Notes: a model not told the origin generated them from the letters alone. A stretch of 32,000 nt of DNA from Planctopirus limnophila DSM 3776 (GCF_000092105.1 NC_014148.1:2850001-2882000), one strand, 5' to 3'. Counted from the stretch's first letter, positions 1-8,844 are shown. Program-made: numbers and translations.

Positions 1-417
1 AACGAAGGCAAGATTGTACTTTGCGATCGATACATTCCTTCGAATCTGGCTCATCAACTCACCAAGGCCCAGCCCGAGTTGCGAGCGGAAATGCAGCAGT
101 GGATTGAGCACGTCGAGTATCATCTCTATCAAATGCCCAGGCCCGATCTGGTGGTGCTTCTGGATACCACTGCGGAAACTGCGACAACACTGATTGATCG
201 CAAGCAGGCGCGGGATTACACGACATCGAAGGCCGATCTTCATGAGGCCGATCAGCATTATCTGGAACGCGTACTGATTGAATATCGAAATCTGGCAGCG
301 AATAACCCACTCTGGCATGTCGTCCCCTGCCTCCAGAATTCGATTCTCCGTTCGCAGACAGAAATCGCTGAGGAAATCTACACGTTCGTAGAATCCTTCA
401 TCTCCAGGCGGATTTAA
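1..417 (+). CDS. tmk: Thymidylate (dTMP) kinase family protein, C-terminal part; 5' end lies outside the window
   Basis: Frame +1 is open from base 1 to TAA at 415-417; the ORF track only shows it from the internal Met at 79. The translation ...KIVLCDRYIPSNLAHQ...RPDLVVLLD...YLERV..Y..LA resembles the DRY..S..A.Q and PDL..LD segments of dTMP kinases. The P-loop would lie upstream of the window. Confidence 0.6.
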   Translation, partial: NEGKIVLCDRYIPSNLAHQLTKAQPELRAEMQQWIEHVEYHLYQMPRPDLVVLLDTTAETATTLIDRKQARDYTTSKADLHEADQHYLERVLIEYRNLAANNPLWHVVPCLQNSILRSQTEIAEEIYTFVESFISRRI

Positions 418-523
418 TCTGGTTTTGAGTTCGAGCCCGCTGAAGCCAAAACTGGAACCATCGTCGGCATATCATATTGAACCTGTATGCCTGCTGAGTG
501 AACGAAAGGAAGGTGGCGAGTTC

Positions 524-1024
524 ATGGACGAGTTGGAAGCATCGATGGCTGCAGCGTCATCCACTTTCGTTCCACTGTCAGGATTGGCGACCAACTCCCC
601 ACGAGAGGTTTCTGACGTCACTGATTTTGTCAGTCTTGTGGAATCCCGAAAGCATTGGATTCAGCACGTGTTGCGCCCCTGGTGCCGCTTTGCCCCTATT
701 GCCGAACTTCGGCTTGCCGCCTTGAATTGGGTTGATCTCGCCGGGCAGATCTCGCCAGATGCCACCTTATGGCCCTGGGCCTGGGAGCGTTTTGAAGGGG
801 TGATACATACGGAGCTTGGCTTTGATGAATCTCGCCAGTGGAAAGTTTCGCTTGGTAATGGGTGCGAAATTTCGGGCTATATCAATGGTCGATTGAGCCG
901 TGGTGAGCAAATCGTACTGGTCTACCGCGACTCTCACTCAGAGCAATTAACAACCACTTCGCCGATCGGTCTCGATGAGATTTCTTCAATCAGGCCGCTC
1001 GAACCCAGCCCACGCAGCGAGTAA
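524..1024 (+). CDS. Hypothetical protein (about 166 aa)
   Basis: The ORF is 425..1024. ATG at 524 (MDELEAS...) is preceded by the SD-like GGAAGGTGG about 10 nt upstream, so I prefer it to the TTG at 425. No domain recognised. Confidence 0.45.
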   Translation: MDELEASMAAASSTFVPLSGLATNSPREVSDVTDFVSLVESRKHWIQHVLRPWCRFAPIAELRLAALNWVDLAGQISPDATLWPWAWERFEGVIHTELGFDESRQWKVSLGNGCEISGYINGRLSRGEQIVLVYRDSHSEQLTTTSPIGLDEISSIRPLEPSPRSE

Positions 1025-1092
1025 ATCACATCACTCGAAAGAATAGAAATCCGCCTGTCGACGCACATGTGATGTGAACCGGACATTTCAGG

Positions 1093-1521
1093 CTATTCTT
1101 CAATCAGCTTGACGTCACTCCGAGATGGCATGTTCGCAGGAAGTGGTGTTTCCGGGGAGAGCTTCAACCGATCCTCAGGAATAGCGACTTCGATGACCTC
1201 AGTATGTGCTTCCTGCTGATGAACCACGGGATCGGCTGGCCCCATGGTGACGCGGAACTTCTCGCTGGCCAGTGAGAGTTCATCCCCCGGCAAAAGTGCT
1301 CCCCTGACAACCCGTTGCCCATTGACCTTCGTGCCATTCGTACTTCCCAGATCGCGGATGAACAGCAATCCGTCAGTCCGGACAATAAGACAGTGCAGCT
1401 TGGAAATACTGCTTTTATCAATAAAGACATCGCACAGATCTTCCTGACGGCCGATCAGCGTAATGTCTCGCGTGATAGGAATCACAGGGCCACCTTTCAG
1501 TGGCGTCAATTCTGCCTTCAT
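1093..1521 (-). CDS. FHA domain-containing protein
   Basis: 142-aa ORF with the FHA signature ITLIGR..(D)LCDVFID...ISKLHCLIV....LFIRDLGSTNGTKVNGQRV....L.PGD.L. The C-terminal ~45 aa are unstructured-looking. Confidence 0.85.
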   Translation of the reverse strand: MKAELTPLKGGPVIPITRDITLIGRQEDLCDVFIDKSSISKLHCLIVRTDGLLFIRDLGSTNGTKVNGQRVVRGALLPGDELSLASEKFRVTMGPADPVVHQQEAHTEVIEVAIPEDRLKLSPETPLPANMPSRSDVKLIEE

Positions 1522-1766
1522 AAACTCGTCTCGCTGTAAGGATGCACCCCACTTAATCTTGCCATCCGCCGGGAAGCGATGTCAATCTCCTCCATCGCAA
1601 CCTCTCGATCAATCAGAAGAACGGTTGCCTGCCGTCTGGAATGAATCGATCGTTCGTTCCGTAAACTCTTGAGATAGCTGCAATCGCCTGCTGCAAGACG
1701 ATTCTGCCGAATTTCCACGTCATGCCTGCAGTGAAGAAGCACGTTGAGAATGATCCGATTCTTCAA
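1518..1766 (-). CDS. Possible small ORF (82 codons) exactly filling the gap between the MFS gene and the FHA gene
   Basis: The TTG start (1766-1764) overlaps the MFS stop TGA (1765-1763). Its stop TGA (1520-1518) overlaps the FHA ATG (1521-1519) as ATGA. There is no recognisable domain and the composition is Arg/His-rich. It may be a chance open frame. Confidence 0.2.
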   Translation of the reverse strand: MKNRIILNVLLHCRHDVEIRQNRLAAGDCSYLKSLRNERSIHSRRQATVLLIDREVAMEEIDIASRRMARLSGVHPYSETSL

Positions 1767-3235
1767 ACGGGCTCTTTACCAGTATCTCCGCAGGAAAAAT
1801 TGCTCTTCAAGGAGGTGCTGCTGTTCGCATCGCTCTCTCCGGAAGATGGACGCTCGTTCTCAGCCAACTGATTCTCGGCATCGGCCGGCAATCCTGCCAG
1901 GACTGGCTGATCGATCGAACCCATCGAAGGCTGAACAGATAATGGTCGGAACGTGGGTTCAACCACACCCGAACTCATTTTTGGTACGGTCGCAAGAATC
2001 AAGAGGCTCGCTCCCCGGGCGGCTGTCGAAGCTGCAAATACCCAAAGGTATGCCTCAATGGTGACATCCATTGATCGCAGCATGAACGTCCCGATCAAAG
2101 AGCCTGCCAGCAAAGCCGCATTATTCGCCACGTTGTAAATCGTCAGCGTCCCGGTTCGTTCATGTTCGGGAATCGCCTCCAGAAACAGCAACGTCACAGC
2201 CAGTTCGTAAGCGGCCCAGGCCGTTCCAGCCAGGATCTGCACCAGAACGAGCCAGCCATAATTAAAACTGACATCCCAGGCAGCCGCGAGCGGTGTAATG
2301 CAAATGGCACCAATCCATAAGAGTTGCTGGGCACCCACTTTTTTGGCCAGCCGCCCCCAGTAGGGCAAAGTTAAAAACTTGGCCACAAATGAGGTCCCGA
2401 TCAATATCACATACTCAATGTAGGTCAGCTTCAATCCTTTAAGCATATAGGGCACAAAGAACGGCCCCGAAATACAGACGCCCACCTGCATACAGACCAC
2501 GAACAACAACAGCCGCCCTGCCCTTCCCTGACCGAAACTCATGGCTCTTTGCATGAATGGCAGATCATCGACCAGTCGCACAGGCTGGGGCTCACTCTTA
2601 CGAGAGAGGCAGAATGCCGAAATCACCCGGCTGATCCCCGCGATCAGAAACAGCAGCACATAAGCTCTGGTCGGCGCAGAGGAGGATGTGCCCGCCTGAA
2701 GGATAAACCCTCCTGCCAGAAATCCCGCCAGCGTCATCGCCTGGCTGAAACGTGCCCGCTTCGCAAAAAAATGAGGACGTACAGACTTAGGAACAACGGC
2801 CCCCATCCATGTATTCCATGCCGGGCCTGTCGCCAGACTGGTAGCCCAATAAACTGATGTGATGAAGAGCGCCTGCCACTGAGAAATCGCTCCATACGTC
2901 GCCGCAACGATCAAAGGAATAAAGCACGCTGCCTGAATCGAAGCATTGAGCATGACCCACAACTTGTTCGACTTCAGAATTCGAATCGCTGCTGGTGAAA
3001 TCAATTGCAGCACGCTCCCTAAAAACACGGGAACGCTCGCAATCAAGCCTGCAAAGACATCGCCCAATCCAGCCGCCAGGACGAAAGCAGGAACATACGT
3101 CTCGCCGATTCCAACCATTACTCCGTAGGAAGCGCCATCACCCATACTCGCAGCCAGATCACGACGGACAGGCTGTCTGTCTGACGAGACGTTCTCCACC
3201 AGTGACACAGGACGATTCGCGGTCGCGGCGATCAT
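1763..3235 (-). CDS. MFS-type transporter (about 12 hydrophobic helices)
   Basis: The long ORF has hydrophobic helices throughout and a hydrophilic C-terminal tail. The track start at 3433 would overlap the upstream same-strand gene by 58 nt. ATG at 3235 (MIAATANRP...) lies ahead of the first helix and removes the overlap. The start remains uncertain. Confidence 0.8.
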   Translation of the reverse strand: MIAATANRPVSLVENVSSDRQPVRRDLAASMGDGASYGVMVGIGETYVPAFVLAAGLGDVFAGLIASVPVFLGSVLQLISPAAIRILKSNKLWVMLNASIQAACFIPLIVAATYGAISQWQALFITSVYWATSLATGPAWNTWMGAVVPKSVRPHFFAKRARFSQAMTLAGFLAGGFILQAGTSSSAPTRAYVLLFLIAGISRVISAFCLSRKSEPQPVRLVDDLPFMQRAMSFGQGRAGRLLLFVVCMQVGVCISGPFFVPYMLKGLKLTYIEYVILIGTSFVAKFLTLPYWGRLAKKVGAQQLLWIGAICITPLAAAWDVSFNYGWLVLVQILAGTAWAAYELAVTLLFLEAIPEHERTGTLTIYNVANNAALLAGSLIGTFMLRSMDVTIEAYLWVFAASTAARGASLLILATVPKMSSGVVEPTFRPLSVQPSMGSIDQPVLAGLPADAENQLAENERPSSGESDANSSTSLKSNFSCGDTGKEPV

Positions 3236-3375
3236 GTCGGCAGGCTTAGCCAAATCGTCGGGGAGGCATCGGTGAAAAACCGAATCGCAACTTTGGTGGA
3301 AACAGACCCCGACGCCACCAGACAGCGTTCTATCACATCCCCCGGAATCGGAAAAGTTACCCACACTGGCCAGAT

Positions 3376-3726
3376 TTACGGCTGATGCATTTCCACGGGC
3401 AGAAAGCGACAAAAACCATATCGACTTAAACACTGGTTGATGCGATCGATCCGTTCAGCCAGAACTTCGCCTGCCAGAACTCCACAAATGAGACTGCCAA
3501 TAACGAGCACCGCCACCTCTGAAACAGCGCGGGGCAGCCCCAGATCTTTCGCATCGACGTAAATCTCATCGACGCTGCAATACTCGCCAAACTTCTGTCC
3601 CGAATAGTGAAACTCGGCTCCGCAAAAATCGGGGCTCCACTCGTAGTCAAACGGACCAAAGACACGCCCGCGATGTCGAATCCAGATGCGATTATCGTCG
3701 ATCATCAGTGCGTGTCGCTGGCTCAT
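3376..3726 (-). CDS. Hypothetical protein (116 aa) with one C-terminal hydrophobic segment
   Basis: ATG at 3726 is preceded by the G-rich SD-like GGGCGGGGTGG. The N-terminal segment IWIRHRGRVFGPFDYEW is vaguely GYF_2-like. No firm family assignment. Confidence 0.45.
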   Translation of the reverse strand: MSQRHALMIDDNRIWIRHRGRVFGPFDYEWSPDFCGAEFHYSGQKFGEYCSVDEIYVDAKDLGLPRAVSEVAVLVIGSLICGVLAGEVLAERIDRINQCLSRYGFCRFLPVEMHQP

Positions 3727-4108
3727 GGAACCACCCCGCCCTCGCAGACTTCATCAGTTTCTAATCACCCGTCAGTCTAACGTGATCCGCAGCTCGCGCT
3801 CAGGGACTTATCGGCTGGACCATCGTGATGCATGGCGACCGCAGCATCGCCCTTGATCAACAGAGGCATCGCCTGCATTCAATCAACGCAAATGCTCCTG
3901 GTTGATTCGTACGAAATTGGGATCAATCGAGGAAGTCCAGTTTGACGACCGCCAGTTCTTTCACGTCAGAATCGTCGTCCTGGCTGGGGAATCTCACCCG
4001 TCATTGCTGAAGCATCACCTGCTTTTCGGGGTGATCACCTGCTCTCAAACGGCACTTTCGCACCAGCGGCTGAAATTCGTCGGCTTGATTGTCAGTCTCA
4101 AGGAACCG

Positions 4109-4789
4109 TTAGCCCACTTTTTTGCTGGCGAATTCCTCGATTCGTACCAAAGAAACTGGCTGTCGACGTGGGGATGGCAGAAGCAGGATGACCATAATAC
4201 CGATACTCGCCAATCCCATGATCAGCCAATGCATTGGAGAGCTGATGCGACCTGACAGCAGTGTGAGCGCCACCATCAGCAGGACGATTCCAACAGCACC
4301 CATTTTTACTCTGAAACTGACTCCCCGGTCACGCTCCCATTTTCGCAAAAGCGGCCCCGAAAAGCGGTGCTGATGCAAGCGAAGGTACAGTTCGGGAGAT
4401 GACCGGTAGAACAAGAAACTGGCCAGAATGAGAAAAGGAGTCGTCGGCAACACAGGAAGAAACACACCTGCAATTGCTAAACCGATACAACTGACTCCAC
4501 CCACCTGAAAAACAATTCTCCGTATCCCGGAAGCAACCACCATCGGATGCCTGATTTCTGCACAGATACCAACAACATCCCCAGCCTCGTTCTCCTCTTG
4601 ATCCACCAGAAACGGGCGAGCCTCCAATTCACCGCAGGATGTTCCGTCATCAGCAGGTGATGGTGGGCACAACACAGTCGACATCCCGCTTTCGGCATTC
4701 TTGGGAACTGTCCACATGAGTGCTGCCTTCACGCTGAAACTGGAAACTCGCGTCACAATTGATTTTAGAACCACACTGCCATTTTTCAC
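4109..4789 (-). CDS. DUF454 / YbaN-family inner membrane protein (ORF carries a ~80-aa N-terminal extension; start uncertain)
   Basis: The C-terminal ~140 aa (RIVFQVGGVSCIGLAIAGVFLPVLPTTPFLILASFLFYRSSPELYLRL.QHRFSGPLLRKW...) match the YbaN/DUF454 pattern. Alternative ATG starts are at 4684 and 4543. Confidence 0.75.
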   Translation of the reverse strand: MKNGSVVLKSIVTRVSSFSVKAALMWTVPKNAESGMSTVLCPPSPADDGTSCGELEARPFLVDQEENEAGDVVGICAEIRHPMVVASGIRRIVFQVGGVSCIGLAIAGVFLPVLPTTPFLILASFLFYRSSPELYLRLHQHRFSGPLLRKWERDRGVSFRVKMGAVGIVLLMVALTLLSGRISSPMHWLIMGLASIGIMVILLLPSPRRQPVSLVRIEEFASKKVG

Positions 4790-5471
4790 GATGCCGAAGT
4801 CGTTTTATTGGCTGTGAGAAGTCACGAAAGTGCTTGCCATCGCGTAAACATCAACTTCTCTTGGCGGGGCCGTGGGACGTTGAGCGCCAGCCGAGGTTAC
4901 GAGTCAGCCTCAACTCGCATCCCACAATGGATTCTCCCATCGCGTAAAATGCAGACAATTCAACTGGAAATGCTAATCAGCAAACTTTCTCTCGACCTGT
5001 CAGAAATTGAACTCCTGAGAATTATTGGCTGCAATTTGTGTTTTCACCGATTTTCAGGTATCTCCCTGAGACATGCCTGACTTACAGATTTCCACCGCTG
5101 TAGAAGTATTGCGAGAAACTTTTTCCGAATTCCGCCGAGTCACAGCAAAAAAATCATAATAATTTCTTGATGACGACCACGACTCAGACTTGCTCATTGA
5201 CCCAGCATGATTATAGTGACCGCGCTCGGAAGACCGAACTGTGATTGTGTATGGCTGGTGACCGACTTTGATGTTCTCTCGAAAATTCTCAATTTTCGGC
5301 CAACAGATGAGCCTTGACATCGACGGTCTGCTCGAATACCAGTGGCAGGAAATCTTCCGACCTGCGATACGACGATCATTTGTTATTAACATCACAATGT
5401 GACTCAAAACTCGTCAGATCGGACTTTGAGTCAATACAGGAACGACACCAATAGGATTGAGGTTCGTATTC

Positions 5472-5804
5472 ATGAGCTTGGCAGTATTGGCAGTCTCGCC
5501 AGACACGTTGAATCCTCTGTTCGCAGCCTCGTGGACTTCGGAATTCGATCTTCCCTTCATCACCTCGCCCGTCTGCGCTCGCGATGAAGACGAGGATGAG
5601 GATGAAGACATAGATGACGAAGAAGACGACGAGGATGATGAATTCGACGATGAAGACGTCGATGACCTCGACGATGACGATCTCGATGACTTCGATGACG
5701 AAGAAGACTTCGATGACGAATACGACGACGATGATTTTGATGATGACGATGACGACGATGACGACGACGATGATGATCTCGACGACGATGATGATGACTA
5801 CTAA
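5472..5804 (+). CDS. Small poly-acidic protein: ~37-aa hydrophobic/ordinary N-terminus followed by 73 residues of which 62 are Asp/Glu
   Basis: ATG at 5472 has GAGG 9 nt upstream; an alternative TTG is at 5457. The stop is TAA at 5802-5804. Synonymous GAT/GAC and GAA/GAG variation is silent only in this frame (see findings). Confidence 0.5.
   Translation: MSLAVLAVSPDTLNPLFAASWTSEFDLPFITSPVCARDEDEDEDEDIDDEEDDEDDEFDDEDVDDLDDDDLDDFDDEEDFDDEYDDDDFDDDDDDDDDDDDDLDDDDDDY
5583..5798 (+). repeat. Low-complexity GAY/GAR codon tract (cryptic trinucleotide repeat) inside the poly-acidic ORF
   Basis: Direct reading shows near-continuous GAT/GAC/GAA/GAG codons, interrupted by single hydrophobic codons. 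Several frames on both strands are open as a consequence. Confidence 0.9.
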
Positions 5805-6003
5805 TCATCGAACTCTCAGCGAATGCTGAATCCTGCGATGAGATTGAACACAGCGCTGGAATGGTGATTCAGCCTGCTGAAGTTGAGCAGACTGGGCCTC
5901 ACTCATACGATTGACTGTGACCGCTTTTGACCGCTGCGAACCGATAGTTTTCGAGTTGGAACATTTCCTTCGCGCAGCATCTGAAATCAAGATTTGATAT
6001 TTT

Positions 6004-6050
6004 CTCAGGGAGAGTCTGCCGTTTTGCAGGCTCTCCCTGAGTTTGTTATT
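6004..6050 (+). terminator. Strong hairpin plus T-rich tail (intrinsic terminator or attenuator)
   Basis: CTCAGGGAGAGTCTGC (6004-6019), loop CGTTTT, then GCAGGCTCTCCCTGAG (6026-6041). This gives a 16-bp stem with one G-U pair, followed by TTTGTTATT. Confidence 0.6.
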
Positions 6051-6093
6051 CCACCTTCTTTGCTCTACTCGTTAATGGCTCACGTGGCATTTC

Positions 6094-6957
6094 ATGCGCC
6101 TGTTGAGCCGAACTCATCCGGAAATCGAGATGTCCGAACTGAAATCACGCATTGACCAGGCCACTGCCAAAATCTCCCAGCTCTGGCAAGGTGAACCTGC
6201 CGTAGGCATGATTCTGGGAACTGGTCTGGGTGGCCTGGCGGAACAAATCGAGCAGGATATCGCTATTCCTTACAGCGACATTCCTCACTTCCCTACCTCG
6301 ACAGTGAAATCTCATGCGGGTCGGCTGGTTTGCGGACGCCTGCGCGGCATTCCTATCGTCGCCATGGAAGGTCGATTTCACTACTACGAAGGGTATTCTC
6401 TCGAACAAGTCACCTTTCCAGTGCGTGTCATGAAGGCCATGGGAGTGAAAACACTCCTTGTGACCAACGCTGCCGGCGGCATCAATCCACAGTTGGATCT
6501 CTCGGATGTGCTGATTATCGAAGATCACATCAATCTCATGCCCGAAAACCCCTTGCGTGGCCCTAACGATGAAGAATTGGGCCCTCGTTTTCCTGACATG
6601 AGCCACCCCTATGACTGCCAGCACATGGAAGTCGCCCGCCAGGTGGCATTGGAACTTGGCATACATTGCCCCAAAGGTGTGTTTGTCGCAGTCAGCGGGC
6701 CAAATCTCGAGACCCGTGCTGAATACCGCATGCTGAAGCTCATGGGAGCCGATGTCGTGGGGATGTCGACAGTTCCCGAAGTCCTCGTCGCAGTCCATGC
6801 GGGCTTACGCGTTCTCGGCTTCTCTGTCGTGACAGATCTCTGCCTGCCCGATGCGCTCGAACCGGTGGAACTGAATAAAATTCTGGAAGTGGCTGCACGT
6901 GGCGGTGCTAAACTGGCCCGCCTCATCCCCGAGATTCTGCCGCGTATCGCCCTCTAG
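6094..6957 (+). CDS. punA: Purine nucleoside phosphorylase (trimeric PNP-I family)
   Basis: The motifs [16 protein letters not shown]...[45 protein letters not shown]...LLVTNAAGG...[11 protein letters not shown]...[20 protein letters not shown]...[13 protein letters not shown] are diagnostic. The second ATG at 6130 (MSELKS) is the more likely true start. Confidence 0.9.
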
Positions 6958-6984
6958 CCACAGCACTTCAGGAGACCTTTTGAC

Positions 6985-7746
6985 ATGATCCTCGATCTCT
7001 TTCGGCTGGATCACAAGGTCGCTTTGATCACGGGTGGTTCCAGAGGGCTGGGAGCGGCCATCTCTTTAGCATTGGCAGAAGCGGGTGCAGATATCGTCTG
7101 TGTCTCAAGAACCTCACCCACACAGGCACACATTGAAAAAATCCTCTCTCTGGGCCGACGTTTCCACTTCCTCCCGTGCGATCTCAGTGATCGGGCAAAC
7201 CGTACTGGTCTTGTAGAAAAAGCCAGATTGATTGCGGGATCAATCGATATCCTCGTCAACAACGCGGGTTTAACAGCCCGCTTTCCTCCTGAGGAGTATC
7301 CTCTTACTCACCTGCAGACCATGCTGGCGGTTCATATTGAAGCCGCTTTCGATCTCGCCCAACAGGTCGCCCCATCGATGATCCAGCGAGGCTCTGGAAA
7401 AATCATTAATGTTGGTTCGGTAATGAGCCATCAGGGTGGCTGGCAGATCCCCGCTTATGCCATCGCCAAGCATGGGTTGGCCGGATTGACAAAATCACTC
7501 TGCAACTCGTGGGCAGCTCAAGGGATCAACGTCAACTGCATCTGTCCGGGCTATATGCTCACTGAACTCTCGGGCTCATTAGTCAACGATCCTGTTCGAG
7601 GCCCGCAGATTCTCAGCCGTATCCCTGCAGGGCGCTGGGCACAACCCGAGGAACTGGGTGGTTTGTGCGTTTTTCTGGCCTCCAGTGCATCCAACTACAT
7701 GCATGGCAGTATCATCGATATCGATGGCGGCTGGCTGGCACGCTGA
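6985..7746 (+). CDS. kduD: SDR-family oxidoreductase, 2-dehydro-3-deoxy-D-gluconate 5-dehydrogenase (KduD)-like
   Basis: It has the TGGSRGLG cofactor motif, IDILVNNAG, catalytic Y..AK (PAYAIAKH), INVNCICPGYM.T, RIPAGRW and the C-terminal DGGWLAR typical of KduD. The symbol is tentative and there is no kduI nearby. Confidence 0.75.
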   Translation: MILDLFRLDHKVALITGGSRGLGAAISLALAEAGADIVCVSRTSPTQAHIEKILSLGRRFHFLPCDLSDRANRTGLVEKARLIAGSIDILVNNAGLTARFPPEEYPLTHLQTMLAVHIEAAFDLAQQVAPSMIQRGSGKIINVGSVMSHQGGWQIPAYAIAKHGLAGLTKSLCNSWAAQGINVNCICPGYMLTELSGSLVNDPVRGPQILSRIPAGRWAQPEELGGLCVFLASSASNYMHGSIIDIDGGWLAR

Positions 7747-7981
7747 GCAGGCGGCTGGTCTTAAAACAACCCCTGATTATCAGGTCGACTCCACATTGAG
7801 CTTCGGATCCACTGCCAGAAGTTGTTTTCCAGACACTGGCGCCCTTGATTACGAACTCAAATCGAGAAGACGTCAGAATTGGAACAGAACTCTTCTCTGA
7901 CTATGCTCAAGAGATGGTGAATACTTCTGCCGAAGCTCAACTTTAAACCCCGAATCTTTATCTCAGGAGGGATACAAACCC

Positions 7982-8776
7982 ATGTGGTCACCAAGAATTC
8001 TGCTCGCAACGACCCTATGCCTGATAACCTCATTTTCGAACGCTATTTGCGTCGCGGAAATCCGTTCGAAAGAGATCGAATATCAGGCCGGCACCGTGAA
8101 ATCGAAAGGGACACTCTTCTGGAATGATGAGATTCAGGGACGCCGCCCGGGAGTCCTTGTCGTTCATGAATGGTGGGGATTAGACGACTATGCCAAAAAT
8201 CGCGCTCAAAAACTGGCAGAGGCAGGTTACGTTGCTTTTGCATGCGACATGTATGGCGAAGGCAAGACCACTCAGCACCCCAAAGATGCCGGGACCATGG
8301 CAACCAGTGTACGTTCCAATCAACAGGAATGGCTGGCCCGCGCAAATGCTGCCCTGGATGTCTTGAAGAAAGACGAGCACGTGAATCCCGAGCATCTGGT
8401 GGCGATTGGCTACTGTTTTGGAGGATCGACAGTTCTTCAACTCGCCCTAAAGGGTAGCGACCTGGATGCCGTTGTCTCGTATCACGGGGCACTCCCTAAA
8501 GTCACGCCTGAAGAAGCTGGCCAGGTCAAAGCAAAAGTTCTCGTCTTTCATGGAGCTGATGACGCTTTTATTCCCAAAGACGTCGTCGAGCAGTTCCAGA
8601 CAGCATTTAAAGGTTCCGACAATCAACTCACGTTTGTTTCCTTCCCGGGGGTTCGTCATAGCTTCACTGTCCCCGATGCCGGCAAACATGGGATCGAAGG
8701 CATGAAGTACGATGAACAGGCGGACAAAACCTCCTGGCAGGCCACTCTCGATCTGTTGAGCAAACTGAGCAAGTAA
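7982..8776 (+). CDS. Dienelactone hydrolase family protein with N-terminal signal peptide
   Basis: ATG is preceded by CAGGAGGG. The signal-like N-terminus is MWSPRILLATTLCLITSFSNA. DLH pattern: GVLVVHEWWGLDDY...LAEAGYVAFACDMYG...GYCFGG...VLVFHGADD..IP......H.F. Confidence 0.85.
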   Translation: MWSPRILLATTLCLITSFSNAICVAEIRSKEIEYQAGTVKSKGTLFWNDEIQGRRPGVLVVHEWWGLDDYAKNRAQKLAEAGYVAFACDMYGEGKTTQHPKDAGTMATSVRSNQQEWLARANAALDVLKKDEHVNPEHLVAIGYCFGGSTVLQLALKGSDLDAVVSYHGALPKVTPEEAGQVKAKVLVFHGADDAFIPKDVVEQFQTAFKGSDNQLTFVSFPGVRHSFTVPDAGKHGIEGMKYDEQADKTSWQATLDLLSKLSK

Positions 8777-8844
8777 TTGACGACACGGATTCGAAATGCT
8801 TTCCTGAAAGTGGATAGCAGACTCCTCGATCACCAGAAGATAAA

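Noticed and set aside
1025-1075. 9-bp inverted repeat TCACATCAC ... GTGATGTGA between the convergent hypothetical and FHA genes
   Set aside because: The 33-nt loop and the absence of a U-tract make it a poor terminator. It could be chance.
3902-4255. 117-aa plus-strand ORF in the gap before the DUF454 gene
   Set aside because: Its last ~147 nt overlap the well-supported DUF454 C-terminus on the opposite strand. The start is a TTG and there is no domain. I also found no convincing minus-strand ORF in 3727-4108, so the ~380-nt gap is left unannotated.
4808-5407. ORFs 4808..5080 (plus strand) and 5054..5407 (minus strand)
   Set aside because: They have Ser/Arg/Cys/His-rich non-protein-like composition, no domain and mutually overlapping ends. 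They are treated as chance frames in a low-coding islet (see finding).
5560-5829. His/Arg-rich ORF (5560..5808, minus strand) and Thr/Met-rich ORF (5614..5829, plus strand) overlapping the acidic tract
   Set aside because: These frames are open automatically because GAY/GAR codon runs contain no stops in several frames. The GAT/GAC alternation that is silent in the acidic frame produces the His/Arg alternation in the antisense frame, so the acidic frame is the parsimonious coding one. The minus ORF does have an ATG and a GAGAG upstream, so it cannot be fully excluded.
6145-6798. 217-aa ORF antisense to punA
   Set aside because: It lies entirely within a strongly supported gene on the other strand. 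This is a typical shadow ORF.
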